From NCBI GenBank assembly GCA_041675165.1, contig JBAYUI010000002.1:376-64375 (forward strand): a stretch of 64,000 nucleotides of DNA, given 5' to 3'. Source of the DNA: Parcubacteria group bacterium (GTDB taxonomy: Bacteria > Patescibacteriota > Minisyncoccia > Moranbacterales > UBA2206). This document shows positions 50,298-60,419 of the stretch, one piece after another (positions within the stretch are counted from its first letter, which is position 1; each line of letters begins with the position of its first letter). A program made the position numbers and the translations under genes. A model generated the notes under the pieces. That model saw only the letters and a program-made list of their open reading frames with translations. It did not search any database and was not told the origin of the DNA.

Positions 50298-51566
50298 ATG
50301 GGAATGTTTTCCAAAATTTTAGGCTTTAAGAAAAGTTCTTCGGAGAATTTTCTGTCTTTGGATATCGGAACGGAAGTGGTGAAAGCCTTGGTTTTCAGGA
50401 TCGATGAAAATTCCGGCGCGGGCGTGGTTCGTGGCGTGGGACGGGCGCGCCAAGGCTTGCGCGATATGCATTCCGGCGCGGTCTCGGACATCTCCGGCGT
50501 GATCGCGAACTGTCGAGAGGCGATCAATGCGGCCAAGACGATGGCAGGTGTCAAGAAAGTGGAGAAAGCTATTGTGGGGATTGCTGGAGAGTTGGTGAAA
50601 GGTACGACCACGACGGTACATTATGAAAGGATCAATCCGGAAATCCGGATCGATATTCCGGAATTGAAAAACATCATCCAAAAAGTGCAATGGAAAGCGT
50701 TTGATCGTATCCGGCAGCAATTGGCGTGGGAAACCGGCCACAGCGAGATCGAAGTGAAACTCATCAACGCGGTGATTGTAGACGTGCGCATCGACGGATA
50801 CAAGGTGACCAATCCCGTCGGTTTTCAGGGGCGCGATGTTTCCATCTCCGTTTTCAATGCCTACGCGCCGATGATCCATCTCGGAGCTTTGCAAAAAATC
50901 GCGGACGAATTGAAATTGGAACTTTTGAATATTGCGGCGGAACCATATGCGGTGGCACGTTCGATGGGCATTGAAGATTCGACGGAATTCAGCGCGGTCT
51001 TCATCGACATCGGCGGCGGTACGACCGACATTGCCGTGGTGAGGAACGGAGGACTGGAAGGGACCAAAATGTTTGGATTGGGCGGCCGTGCTTTCACCAA
51101 AAGGCTTTCACAAGAGTTGGGCATCGGCATCGAAGAAGCGGAAGTTTTGAAGATTAAGTACGCGGAAGGGAAGTTGGGTAAAGACGTGAGTATGAAGATC
51201 GAAAAGATTCTGGCGGATGATTGCGATGTGTGGCTGCGCGGTATCGAGCTGACTTTGTCTGAATTTTCCGAATCGGATCTTCTGCCGCACCGTTTTTTCT
51301 TGTGCGGCGGCGGTTCGGGTCTACCGGGAGTGAAGAAAGCCTTGCTCGGAAAAGGCTGGTGCAAGAATCTACCTTTTGCCAAACCCGTGGAAGTGAGTTT
51401 TCTCCAACCGAAAGACGTGGTGAATATCTCGGATGAGACTGGCAAGCTGAAAGACCCGCAAGATATTACGCCGATGGGCTTGGCGAATCTTGCGTTGGAC
51501 CTGGTCGGTGAAGAGAAAATGATGGCAGGCATCTTACGAAGAGCGGTGAGGATGATACAGAAATAG
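50298..51566 (+). CDS. FtsA-like actin-fold ATPase
   Basis: LDIGTE.VK, AEPYA, IDIGGGTTD, GGRAFT, LCGGGS. Confidence 0.85.
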   Translation: MGMFSKILGFKKSSSENFLSLDIGTEVVKALVFRIDENSGAGVVRGVGRARQGLRDMHSGAVSDISGVIANCREAINAAKTMAGVKKVEKAIVGIAGELVKGTTTTVHYERINPEIRIDIPELKNIIQKVQWKAFDRIRQQLAWETGHSEIEVKLINAVIVDVRIDGYKVTNPVGFQGRDVSISVFNAYAPMIHLGALQKIADELKLELLNIAAEPYAVARSMGIEDSTEFSAVFIDIGGGTTDIAVVRNGGLEGTKMFGLGGRAFTKRLSQELGIGIEEAEVLKIKYAEGKLGKDVSMKIEKILADDCDVWLRGIELTLSEFSESDLLPHRFFLCGGGSGLPGVKKALLGKGWCKNLPFAKPVEVSFLQPKDVVNISDETGKLKDPQDITPMGLANLALDLVGEEKMMAGILRRAVRMIQK

Positions 51567-51746
51567 GTAATAGGTAAAAGGTTTCTCCGGTTGTCCCGCA
51601 GAAAATTCCAATATGGAGTTGAGGTCGGGTGAAGATTTGTGTTCGTAGACGCCTAACGGCTTAGTTTGGAAATAGTCTAAAGTTTTAATAGCGAATTTTC
51701 GCGGGATGCTCATTTTTTTAGCTTCTCGCTTCGCTCGAAGAAAAAA

Positions 51747-53684
51747 ATGGCACATCAAACATTTTACATCGACATCGACGAAGAAATCACTTCCATTGTG
51801 GAACGGTTGCGCCGCGCGCGGGCCAGTGAAATAATCTTGGTGGTGCCCAAGCGCGCGCTTCTGATCCAGAGCATCGTCAATCTGCGCATTTTGAAACGAG
51901 AAGCGGATGAGGCTCGGCTGCAGCTTATGATGGTGACACAGGATAAACTGGGCAAGATTCTGATTGAAAAAGCTGGTATTTTTGTGCAGCAAAAGATGGA
52001 CAATATTTCAGACGAAGAGATCGAGCTGAAGGAAGAATCTCCGTCTTTGGAGAAATATGAAACAGGAACTGAAGTGGAAAAAGAAAGCATCATCAGTGGC
52101 AAGAACCGTTTGGACAAGATCGGATCGGACAGCTATTTCGATGAGAAACAGATAGAAGATCTGAAGCGGAATGAATCGATCAATCTGGAAAAGGAAAAAT
52201 TCTTATTAACGAAGAAAAAGACCGAGAAAGAAGAATTGATAAATAAAGAATTGGTTCTCCGGACCAAAAAAAATCCGGAAATGAAATTGTTGGCCACGCC
52301 ATCTTTTGATCTGAAGCCGGCCACGCCCGCCGTGAAGGCGCCGCCGATCGTTAAGGCGGAAGTGCCTATGCCGGCACCGGCGAGCAGAAGCTTTGTCGGC
52401 CGAGAGGGCGGGGATAATTTCCAAGACAAGAAGATAGAAAATTTCTTCTATCAACCGAATGCCATCGAAAGACAATCGCAAAAAGTTCCAAGCAAGAATT
52501 ATGATACTTATAGCCTTCCCGTGAAAGTGCACAAGTGGTTTTGGGTCTTTGGCGTGGTCACGGTCCTTCTGGCGGCCGGAATCGCAACCTATCTGCTTGT
52601 GCCTAAGGCGGTAGTAGTTGTTTCGGTCAGATTGGATTCACAATCTGTCGATTCTCAGATGACCGGTAAAGTCGGACTGGCGGTTCTGGATGTCGCCAAC
52701 GGAACCGTTCCGGCCAAAGAAGTCTCTTCCGCGCAAGAAGTTAGCGGAAGCTATGACGCGACGGGCAGTGAACTCGTTTCGAATCAGAAAGCGCATGGTA
52801 AAGTTACGATCTATAACGAATTCAGTTCCAGCCCGCAGCCATTGGTGGCCACTACCCGTTTTTTGACGGCGGATGGAAAATTATTCCGCTTGGCGAGCGG
52901 CGTGACGGTCCCCGGGACGGCCGTTGTCGATGGTCAGACGAAGAGCGGAGAAGTGGAAGCTGAGATAGTAGCGGATTCTTCTGGCGATAGCTATAATATC
53001 GGTCCATCCACTTTCAATATCCCCGGTTTCAAAAGCAGCGGGACCAAATATGACAAGATTTATGCCAAATCCGCCACTGCTTTTACCAGTGGCGGAAATG
53101 GGGCGGCGGAATCGAAGGTCATCACTGATAATGACATAGCTTCCGCCAAGAATAAGATATTGACAATGCTCAATAGCCAATTGGAAGAAGCGATGAAAAA
53201 ATCCGGCGGAGAAGATACTGTCATCTTGGACGGAGCTATGAATGAGTCTGATGTGACTTACAAGATTTCCAACTCAACCGGTGACGTGGCGGATTCTTTC
53301 CAGATAACCGCCAGTGCGAATGCCAAAGCGATCGTGATCAGCCAAAAAGATATGAATAGTGTCTTGGCTGATGCATTGGGGAAGAAAGCCGGAGCGAAAA
53401 AAATAGACATCAGTTCCATAAAGACGGATTTCTCCCGATCGGATGTCGATTTTGCCAATGGAACGATCAGTATCAGATTCCATACCACGGGCAAAATCAT
53501 ACCTGATTTCACGACGGACACCATTAAAAAAGCCATTCTGGGAAAAAATGAAGAGCAGATAAAGGCTTATCTCAGCGATTTATCCAATATTGAAAAAGTG
53601 GAAGTGAATTATTGGCCGTCTTTCATAAACGGTCGAGTTCCGGTCTTGTCGGGCCGAGTGAATGTATCTCTTGACCCGATTTAG
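51747..53684 (+). CDS. Conserved membrane-anchored hypothetical protein (baseplate-J-like C-terminal region)
   Basis: FYIDIDEEITS N-terminus, one TM, KAHGKVTIYN...LVATTRF...G.SYNIGP. Confidence 0.7.
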   Translation: MAHQTFYIDIDEEITSIVERLRRARASEIILVVPKRALLIQSIVNLRILKREADEARLQLMMVTQDKLGKILIEKAGIFVQQKMDNISDEEIELKEESPSLEKYETGTEVEKESIISGKNRLDKIGSDSYFDEKQIEDLKRNESINLEKEKFLLTKKKTEKEELINKELVLRTKKNPEMKLLATPSFDLKPATPAVKAPPIVKAEVPMPAPASRSFVGREGGDNFQDKKIENFFYQPNAIERQSQKVPSKNYDTYSLPVKVHKWFWVFGVVTVLLAAGIATYLLVPKAVVVVSVRLDSQSVDSQMTGKVGLAVLDVANGTVPAKEVSSAQEVSGSYDATGSELVSNQKAHGKVTIYNEFSSSPQPLVATTRFLTADGKLFRLASGVTVPGTAVVDGQTKSGEVEAEIVADSSGDSYNIGPSTFNIPGFKSSGTKYDKIYAKSATAFTSGGNGAAESKVITDNDIASAKNKILTMLNSQLEEAMKKSGGEDTVILDGAMNESDVTYKISNSTGDVADSFQITASANAKAIVISQKDMNSVLADALGKKAGAKKIDISSIKTDFSRSDVDFANGTISIRFHTTGKIIPDFTTDTIKKAILGKNEEQIKAYLSDLSNIEKVEVNYWPSFINGRVPVLSGRVNVSLDPI

Positions 53685-53757
53685 AAAGTTTGCTAAGCTG
53701 ATGTAGTTGGAATTTGCCGGTAAAAAGACGCTGAAAAATGTTTGTGGACCGATGGGG

Positions 53758-53786
53758 TTGACAAATAAAAAAAATGGCGTTAGTAT
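53758..53786 (+). promoter_or_regulatory. Putative sigma70 promoter of the infA operon
   Basis: TTGACA-17nt-TAGTAT. Confidence 0.55.
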
Positions 53787-53955
53787 GATAAAGACATTAA
53801 AAATATTGTGAAGTTATAGAGGGAATTTTCCGCTGTGCAAGAATTTGGTCCGGTTTCCGTCCTCAAGCATAAAACAATGATGATCCATAGTTTTGTCTTG
53901 AGAAAGTTCCGTCTATTTTTTGTTTTCCGGGCAATATTTAAAGATAAAATTTTTT

Positions 53956-54177
53956 ATGGCAATCGATAAAGAGCTGGTCAAATTGGAAGGAGAAGTTCTG
54001 GAAAACCTCCCCAATGCCACTTTTAAAATAAAATTGGATAACGGCCACGAAGTGTTGGCCCATATTTCCGGTCGGATGAGGGTGAACTATATCCGGATGA
54101 TTCCTGGGGACAGAGTGATCGTGGAAATGAGCCCGTATGACCTAACTAAGGGAAGGATAGTCCAAAGATTAAAATAA
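53956..54177 (+). CDS. infA: Translation initiation factor IF-1
   Basis: [13 protein letters not shown]...AHISGRMR...[10 protein letters not shown]. Confidence 0.97.
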   Translation: MAIDKELVKLEGEVLENLPNATFKIKLDNGHEVLAHISGRMRVNYIRMIPGDRVIVEMSPYDLTKGRIVQRLK

Positions 54178-54178
54178 T

Positions 54179-54292
54179 ATGAAGGTTCGAGCATCGGTGA
54201 AAAAAATTTGCGACAAATGCAAAACGATAAAGCGTAAGGGAAAACTTTACGTGATTTGTTCTAATCCGAAACATAAACAACGCCAAGGCTAA
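54179..54292 (+). CDS. rpmJ: 50S ribosomal protein L36
   Basis: Translated by hand: [15 protein letters not shown]...[12 protein letters not shown]. Confidence 0.97.
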   Translation: MKVRASVKKICDKCKTIKRKGKLYVICSNPKHKQRQG

Positions 54293-54301
54293 TATACAAT
54301 T

Positions 54302-54688
54302 ATGCTACGAATTTCCGGGGTCAATATCCCAGACGAAAAAAGAATAATAATTTCACTGACTTACATCTATGGCATCGGACCGGCCATTTCCGCGCGTATT
54401 TTGGGAGAACTTAAAATTTCTCCTGACAAACGGACAAGAGACCTTTCGGAAGACGAACAGAACGAAATCCGATCCTACGTGGAGAAAAAGATCAAAACGG
54501 AAGGAGATTTGAAATATGAAGTGCGCAACAATGTGAAGCGTTTGAAAGAAGTGGGCTGCTATCGCGGTACGCGCCATCAGAAAGGCTTGCCATCTCGTGG
54601 ACAAAGGACTAAGACGAACAATCGGACCGTAAGAGGCAACGTTAGACATACGATGGGAAGCGGAAGAGTCAAAACGGAAAAGACTTAG
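54302..54688 (+). CDS. rpsM: 30S ribosomal protein S13
   Basis: RISGVNIP, LTYIYGIG, YRGTRH..GLP.RGQRTKTN. Confidence 0.98.
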   Translation: MLRISGVNIPDEKRIIISLTYIYGIGPAISARILGELKISPDKRTRDLSEDEQNEIRSYVEKKIKTEGDLKYEVRNNVKRLKEVGCYRGTRHQKGLPSRGQRTKTNNRTVRGNVRHTMGSGRVKTEKT

Positions 54689-54776
54689 GATACTGTTGCC
54701 ATATTGTTATATTGCTAAATTGTTATTTATTTAAAACGGGCAATGTAACAAGTTAACTATTTAGTAATGCAATTCA

Positions 54777-55241
54777 ATGACTGAAGAAATCAATAAAAAA
54801 GAAGAAAGCGCAGTAGCGCCGCTGGGAACTCAAGATTTGGATGTGGAGGCAGTGGAAACGCCGGCTGTTAAAAAAGCCAAAAAAAGCAAACGTCAGATTA
54901 CGCGCGGACGAGCAGTCGTCAAATGCTCCTACAACAATACCGCGGTGAATATCGCGGATGCTCAAGGGAATATCTTGGGCTGGGCGACTTCCGGTCTGAT
55001 GGGATTCAAGGGTGCGAAAAAAGCAACCCCGTATGCCGCGACTCAAGTGGTGGCTAACGTGACTGAAAAGGTCAGAAAATATGGCATCAAAGAATTGGAA
55101 GTTTATGTGAAGGGAGTCGGCAGCGGACGAGAATCCTCGATCCGAGCCTTGGCTAATAATGGTTTCGATTTAATTTTAATCAAAGATATAACGCCCATTC
55201 CGCACAATGGTTGTCGGGCGAAAAAACCTAGAAGAGTATAA
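54777..55241 (+). CDS. rpsK: 30S ribosomal protein S11
   Basis: SYNNT, GFKGAKKATPYAA, DITPIPHNGCR. Confidence 0.98.
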   Translation: MTEEINKKEESAVAPLGTQDLDVEAVETPAVKKAKKSKRQITRGRAVVKCSYNNTAVNIADAQGNILGWATSGLMGFKGAKKATPYAATQVVANVTEKVRKYGIKELEVYVKGVGSGRESSIRALANNGFDLILIKDITPIPHNGCRAKKPRRV

Positions 55242-55243
55242 AT

Positions 55244-55876
55244 ATGGCACGAGATACGCAAGCTAAATGCAGGAAATGTCGGAGAGCCGGCGAAAAACTT
55301 TTTTTGAAAGGTGACCGTTGTGGTACGCCAAAATGCGCTATGACCCGCCGCGCTTATGCGCCGGGAGTCCATGGGAAAAAACCGGGCAGAGGTCTTAGTG
55401 AATATGGATTACAGTTGGCCGCCAAGCAGAAGCTGAAAAGAGTTTATGGAATCTTGGAAAAACAATTCCGCAAACATTTTGACGATATCAAGCACAAAAA
55501 GGGGATTACGGGAGACTTGCTCTTGGCCCGCTTGGAAATGCGTTTGGACAATGTGATATATCGCACAGGCCTCGCTGCTTCTAGGTCGCAAGCCAGACAA
55601 TTGGTGAATCATGGCCTGATTGTGGTGGATGGTAAAAAAGTGACCATTCCTTCTTATGAGATCAAGATCGGTCAGACTGCGGGAATCAATCCGAACAAGG
55701 CCGGCAAAAATTATTTCAAGAACTTAGAGCAGATACTCAAAAATAAGAATGATTTTCCTTCTTGGCTCACCTATGACGTTGCAAGCGGCCAAGCCAAGAT
55801 AACCGCTGTTCCGAACAAGGATGAGATCGGAGTGAACGTGGACGCGCAAATCATCGTTGAATATTATTCCAGATAA
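55244..55876 (+). CDS. rpsD: 30S ribosomal protein S4
   Basis: CRRAGEKLFLKG, LEMRLDNV, IVEYYSR. Confidence 0.98.
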   Translation: MARDTQAKCRKCRRAGEKLFLKGDRCGTPKCAMTRRAYAPGVHGKKPGRGLSEYGLQLAAKQKLKRVYGILEKQFRKHFDDIKHKKGITGDLLLARLEMRLDNVIYRTGLAASRSQARQLVNHGLIVVDGKKVTIPSYEIKIGQTAGINPNKAGKNYFKNLEQILKNKNDFPSWLTYDVASGQAKITAVPNKDEIGVNVDAQIIVEYYSR

Positions 55877-55898
55877 ATTAAATAATTTAATCAAAATT

Positions 55899-56885
55899 AT
55901 GCAATCAATATCTCTTCCTCAAAAACCCAAATACACCGTCATCGATGAAAAAACGGGGTTATTTGAAATTGAAGGATGCTATCCGGGGTATGGCACGACA
56001 CTAGGCAATGCCATCCGTCGAGTGCTTCTGTCTTCTATGCCGGGCGCGGCCATCACATCGGTCAAGGTCAAGAATGCCAAGCATGAATTCTCAACCCTGC
56101 CGAATGTTATGGAGGATATCATCCAGATCATCCTCAATCTGAAACAAGTTAGATTCAGATTGTTCGACGAGGGACCGGTCAAAGTCAATTTGAATGTCAA
56201 AGGGGAGAAAGTCATCACTGCGGGGATGATAGAGTGCCCGTCCAACTTGGAAGTGGTCAACAAAGATGCCCACATTGCGACCATTACGGGAGCCAAAGGA
56301 GAATTGGAGATGGAACTGGAAGTTTCTTCCGGCATCGGCTATGTGCCTGTTGAACAGCAAGAGCGTAGGGAAAAAGAAGTGGGTGTCATCGCTTTGGACG
56401 CGATCTACACTCCCGTACGGAGAGTGAATTACACTATTTCCAATATGCGCGTAGGCAAGAAGACCGATTTCGAAAAGATCAGCTTGGAAGTGATGACCGA
56501 CGGAAGCGTCACTCCGCTCGTAGCCTTTTCCCAAGCGGTAGATATTTTGGTGAAGCAATTTTCCGAATTGGTCGAAATGGAAGCGGAAATGAAGGTAGAG
56601 GCGGTGGTGGAAAAAGTTGCTAAGCAGGAAGACGCAGTAGTCGAAGAAAAAGAAGTCTCTTCCGCGACAGCGACCGATCCGGAAAAAATCGAAGTGACCG
56701 AGCTCAAAAATCTGTCTACCCGCACCTTGAACGTTCTGGAGAAAGGCAAGATCCATCGCGTGGGAGATATCATAAAGTTGGATGAAGCCCGTCTTATGGA
56801 GTTGGAAGGTATGGGAGCCAAAGGAGTGAAAGAGATCAAAAAAGCTATTGGAGATTTCGGATTGAATCTGAAAAAATCCGAATAG
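55899..56885 (+). CDS. rpoA: RNA polymerase alpha subunit
   Basis: GYGTTLGNAIRRVLLSS, HEFSTL, DAIYTPV, alpha-CTD. Confidence 0.98.
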   Translation: MQSISLPQKPKYTVIDEKTGLFEIEGCYPGYGTTLGNAIRRVLLSSMPGAAITSVKVKNAKHEFSTLPNVMEDIIQIILNLKQVRFRLFDEGPVKVNLNVKGEKVITAGMIECPSNLEVVNKDAHIATITGAKGELEMELEVSSGIGYVPVEQQERREKEVGVIALDAIYTPVRRVNYTISNMRVGKKTDFEKISLEVMTDGSVTPLVAFSQAVDILVKQFSELVEMEAEMKVEAVVEKVAKQEDAVVEEKEVSSATATDPEKIEVTELKNLSTRTLNVLEKGKIHRVGDIIKLDEARLMELEGMGAKGVKEIKKAIGDFGLNLKKSE

Positions 56886-56911
56886 GAAAAAGATAATTTT
56901 AAGCTAAAGTT

Positions 56912-57277
56912 ATGCAACACAAGAATAAAACTAAAGAATTCGGAAGGACTGCCAGCCAGAGGAAGGCGCTTTGGCGCACGATGTTGGGAAGCCTGATCAT
57001 CAGTGAAAAGATCGAGACGACTGAAGCAAAAGCCAAGGAATTGAAGGGTAGGATCGATAAAATCATCAATAAGGCCAAGAAATATCCGAAAGAAGGAGAG
57101 CAGAGACTGGCCGCAAGAAGAAATCTGAAAAAAGACATCCCGCTTATGGCTGTAGAAAAAATGATGGGAGAATTTTTGAAAAAATTTGAAAATAGACGAA
57201 GCGGCTATACGCGAGTGATTAAGCTGGCTCCGCGCAAAAGTGATAACGCCAGATTAGCGATAATCGAATTCGTGTAG
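56912..57277 (+). CDS. rplQ: 50S ribosomal protein L17
   Basis: GRTASQRKAL, IETTEAKAKE, GYTRVIK. Confidence 0.97.
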   Translation: MQHKNKTKEFGRTASQRKALWRTMLGSLIISEKIETTEAKAKELKGRIDKIINKAKKYPKEGEQRLAARRNLKKDIPLMAVEKMMGEFLKKFENRRSGYTRVIKLAPRKSDNARLAIIEFV

Positions 57278-57278
57278 G

Positions 57279-57376
57279 TTACGAAATACGAAATAAATAC
57301 GAAATACGAAAAAATTAAAATACGGAGAATGTCAATATGGTAACGTTTCGTATTTAGTAAATTTCGTAGTTCGTAA
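57279..57376. repeat. Iterated palindrome (tacgaaa units)
   Basis: ttacgaaatacgaaataaatacgaaatacgaa...ttcgtattt...ttcgtagttcgtaa. Confidence 0.75.
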
Positions 57377-57386
57377 ATAGAAATTT

Positions 57387-57782
57387 ATGAAAAACATTAC
57401 CAGAAAATATCATCTGTTTGACGCCAAAAGCAAACCTCTTGGCCGTTTAGCGACGGAAATAGCGACTATTTTGCGCGGGAAGAACAAAGCTGATTTCACT
57501 CCGCACATCGATGGCGGCGATATCGCTGTGGTGATAAATTCCGACAGTCTTTGCGTGAGCGGCAAGAAGATGGAAGATAAGATCTATCATTATTTCAGCG
57601 GATATCCCGGCGGAGTGAGAGACGTGAAACTCAAGGATAAGATTGAAGCTGATTCCAGAAAAGTGGTTTCCGAGGCGGTCTATGGAATGTTGCCGAAGAA
57701 TAAATTGCGCAACAAGATGATGCTGCGGCTCAAGATCTATAAAGATGATAAGCACGAACATAAGATAGAAGTAACACACTAG
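57387..57782 (+). CDS. rplM: 50S ribosomal protein L13
   Basis: LGRLATEIA..LRGKNK, SGYPGG, GMLPKN. Confidence 0.97.
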   Translation: MKNITRKYHLFDAKSKPLGRLATEIATILRGKNKADFTPHIDGGDIAVVINSDSLCVSGKKMEDKIYHYFSGYPGGVRDVKLKDKIEADSRKVVSEAVYGMLPKNKLRNKMMLRLKIYKDDKHEHKIEVTH

Positions 57783-57795
57783 TCAAGTCAACATT

Positions 57796-58248
57796 ATGGC
57801 AATCAAAAAAGCAGTCGAAAAAGAAAATACCAAGAAAGAAGAGGTTTCCAAGGAAGAACGCTATTTTTATGCGGTCGGAAGACGAAAGACTTCTGTGGCT
57901 AAAATAAAACTTTTCCCTTCCAAAGAAGAACAGAGCTCGATCGAGATCAATGAAAAGAAATTAGAAGCTTATTTCCCCACAGAACATCTTTGGGAGATCG
58001 CCAAGGCCCCGTTGGAGCTGATGGGTGATAGCAAGTTTCGAGTGTCAGTCAAGGCGTCCGGTGGCGGCTGTAGCGCCCAGGCGGATGCGGTGAGACTGGG
58101 AATCGCCCGAGCTTTGGTCGTGCTTGATGAAACATTGAAAAAGACTTTCAAAGATAAAGGTTATCTGACCCGTGATCCACGTGAAGTGGAACGCAAAAAA
58201 CCAGGACTCAAAAAAGCCCGGCGCGCGCCGCAGTGGGCGAAGCGCTAG
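57796..58248 (+). CDS. rpsI: 30S ribosomal protein S9
   Basis: GRRKTSVA, LTRDPREVERKKPG, PQWAKR. Confidence 0.98.
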   Translation: MAIKKAVEKENTKKEEVSKEERYFYAVGRRKTSVAKIKLFPSKEEQSSIEINEKKLEAYFPTEHLWEIAKAPLELMGDSKFRVSVKASGGGCSAQADAVRLGIARALVVLDETLKKTFKDKGYLTRDPREVERKKPGLKKARRAPQWAKR

Positions 58249-58271
58249 GATCGGAATCATATATCTTGTTT

Positions 58272-58353
58272 GCAAAGACTCTTCTATCCGGAAGGGTTTT
58301 TTGATGGACAATGTTTTTTAATCGGAAAAAAGACACCCTAGCGGGTGTCTTTT
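58272..58353. terminator. Two terminator hairpins between convergent rpsI and rpmE
   Basis: aagactcttc/gaagggtttt and aaaagacacc/ggtgtctttt. Confidence 0.7.
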
Positions 58354-58382
58354 GCGTTTTTCGTGAAACTTTTCCGAGAAAA

Positions 58383-58673
58383 TTATTTCTTTTTCTTTTT
58401 CGATACGACTTTTTTGGTTTCAGCCTTAGCTTTTCTGACACGTTCTTTCTTGACCGGTGCCGTTTTTTTCTGGGCGGCTTTTTCGGCCAGTTTCTTGAAG
58501 CGGTCAACGCGGCCAGCAGTGCTCATGACCTTCTTTTTACCGGTATAGAGCGGATGACAAGCGCTGCAAATCTCCACTTTCATCTCCTTTATGGTTGAAC
58601 CGACTTCAATCACATTACCGCAAGCACAGATTATCTTAGCGTCGTGATATGTCGGGTGGATGTTCTTTTTCAT
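58383..58673 (-). CDS. rpmE: 50S ribosomal protein L31
   Basis: [27 protein letters not shown]. Confidence 0.97.
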   Translation of the reverse strand: MKKNIHPTYHDAKIICACGNVIEVGSTIKEMKVEICSACHPLYTGKKKVMSTAGRVDRFKKLAEKAAQKKTAPVKKERVRKAKAETKKVVSKKKKK

Positions 58674-58734
58674 GGTTTATATACGAATTAGGCTGCTTAC
58701 ATTTACTAGAGTAATCTAGCATACAAAAATATAA

Positions 58735-58763
58735 TTGACAAGAGGGCGTGGGGCTGGTATATT
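58735..58763 (+). promoter_or_regulatory. Putative rpsB promoter
   Basis: TTGACA-17nt-TATATT with extended TG. Confidence 0.55.
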
Positions 58764-58916
58764 GGGTAGGTAACAAAAACTCATATTTTTTGGGCTTTCT
58801 CCTGCCCCGACGTAGCGTCGAGGTTAAAAAGCTGGAATGTGACGAAGGTCACAACCCAACAAGAAATAGCGGACGCTGGCCGATAATGGTCGGAGTATAA
58901 TAATTAAGGAAAAAAT

Positions 58917-59732
58917 ATGCAAAATGAAGAAGTCGAGCCGGCGGCAAAATCCGACTCAAAAAAGGCAGAATCCAATCCCGCTGTGGATTATTTTGCCGGT
59001 GTTAATTTTTCGAAACTGGAAGTCAGGATCGAGGATATGTTCAAGAGCGGAGTGCACTTCGGACATCACAAATCCAGAAGGAATCCCAAGATGAGCGAAT
59101 ATATTTTCGCTACGAAAAACGATATCAATATTTTCGATCTGGAAAAGACCAAGGCCAAGCTGGATGAAGCGATGCGATTTTTGACGGGAGTGGCAGCTGC
59201 GGGAGAAGAGATCCTTTTTGTGGGCACGAGAAAACAAGCCAAGAAAATCGTAGAGGTTGCCGCACTTAAGTGTGAAATGCCATTCGTGACTGAGAGATGG
59301 TTGGGTGGAACATTCACTAACTTTTCGGTTATTTCCATTCGCACCAAATATTTGCGCGATGGTTTGGAAAATATGGAAAAAGGCGAATATGCCAAATACA
59401 CGAAGTTTGAACGGATGAAAAAAGCCGAGGAATTGGAAAGGATGGAGAGAAGGATGGGCGGTATCAAAAATATGCGTAAACTTCCGGGGGCGATTTTTGT
59501 TTCTTCCATAATCGAAGATAATCTGGCGATCAAAGAAGCGCAAAGTCTGCATATCCCGATCGTCGCCCTAGCTGATTCCAACACTAATCCGACAGGCATC
59601 GATTATCTGATCCCGTCCAATGAAGACGCGGTGTCGGCACTGCGCTTAATGATGGCCTATATGACCAAAGCGATCCTAGAAGGCAAGGCGAAAAAAGTGG
59701 CGCCACAACCCGCAGAAGAAAAAAAGAACTAA
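58917..59732 (+). CDS. rpsB: 30S ribosomal protein S2
   Basis: GVHFGH, LFVGT, RWLGGTFTNF, DSNTNP, PSNED. Confidence 0.98.
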   Translation: MQNEEVEPAAKSDSKKAESNPAVDYFAGVNFSKLEVRIEDMFKSGVHFGHHKSRRNPKMSEYIFATKNDINIFDLEKTKAKLDEAMRFLTGVAAAGEEILFVGTRKQAKKIVEVAALKCEMPFVTERWLGGTFTNFSVISIRTKYLRDGLENMEKGEYAKYTKFERMKKAEELERMERRMGGIKNMRKLPGAIFVSSIIEDNLAIKEAQSLHIPIVALADSNTNPTGIDYLIPSNEDAVSALRLMMAYMTKAILEGKAKKVAPQPAEEKKN

Positions 59733-59752
59733 TAAGTCATAAGTGTGAAAAT

Positions 59753-60331
59753 ATGTTGGAAAAAATAAAAAAATTAAGAGAACAAACTGGCGCCGGAATG
59801 GTGGAGATCAAAAAAGCTCTGACTGAGGCCGAAGGCGACGAAGCCAAGGCCATTGAAATTTTGAGAGAAAAGGGTTTGGAGAAAGCTTCCAAGAAAGCGA
59901 CCAGAGAGACACAAGAAGGCGTTGTGGCCAGCTATATCCATTCCAATGGACGAGTGGGCGCGATGGTCAAGCTGCTCTGCGAAACTGATTTCGTGGCACG
60001 CAATGATGAATTCAAAACTTTGGCTGTTGATATCGCAATGCACATCACGGCTATGAAACCGCAAGCCATAAGACCGGAAGAAGTGAGCGCAGAAGCGGTA
60101 GCTAATGAGAAAGCGATCTGGCTGGAACAGTTGAAAGAAGAAAAAAAACCTGAGCAGATGATCCCTGGAATTCTGGACGACCAAGAAAAGAAATTTCGCG
60201 AAGAGATTTCGCTAATGACGCAAGCTTTCGTGAAGGACCCCGATCGGACGGTGGGGGATGTCATAAATGAAAAGATCGCCAAGATCGGAGAGAATATTCA
60301 GATAGGAGAATTTAGTCGTTTAGAATTATAA
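59753..60331 (+). CDS. tsf: Elongation factor Ts (short form)
   Basis: LREQTGAGM, CETDFVA. Confidence 0.97.
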   Translation: MLEKIKKLREQTGAGMVEIKKALTEAEGDEAKAIEILREKGLEKASKKATRETQEGVVASYIHSNGRVGAMVKLLCETDFVARNDEFKTLAVDIAMHITAMKPQAIRPEEVSAEAVANEKAIWLEQLKEEKKPEQMIPGILDDQEKKFREEISLMTQAFVKDPDRTVGDVINEKIAKIGENIQIGEFSRLEL

Positions 60332-60419
60332 ATGCGAACAGCTGCGAATCAAAAATGAATGATTACGGATTAAATTTGGAAATATTCATAACTGCATTCG
60401 CGATGATTCGCTAATCCTT

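Noticed and set aside
51747-53684. Prophage suggested by the baseplate-J-like region
   Set aside because: Membrane-anchored gene paired with an FtsA-like gene among core genes; no other phage genes nearby.
57279-57376. Short iterated repeats as CRISPR arrays
   Set aside because: Units are 6-8 nt and inverted, with no unique spacers and no cas genes in the window.
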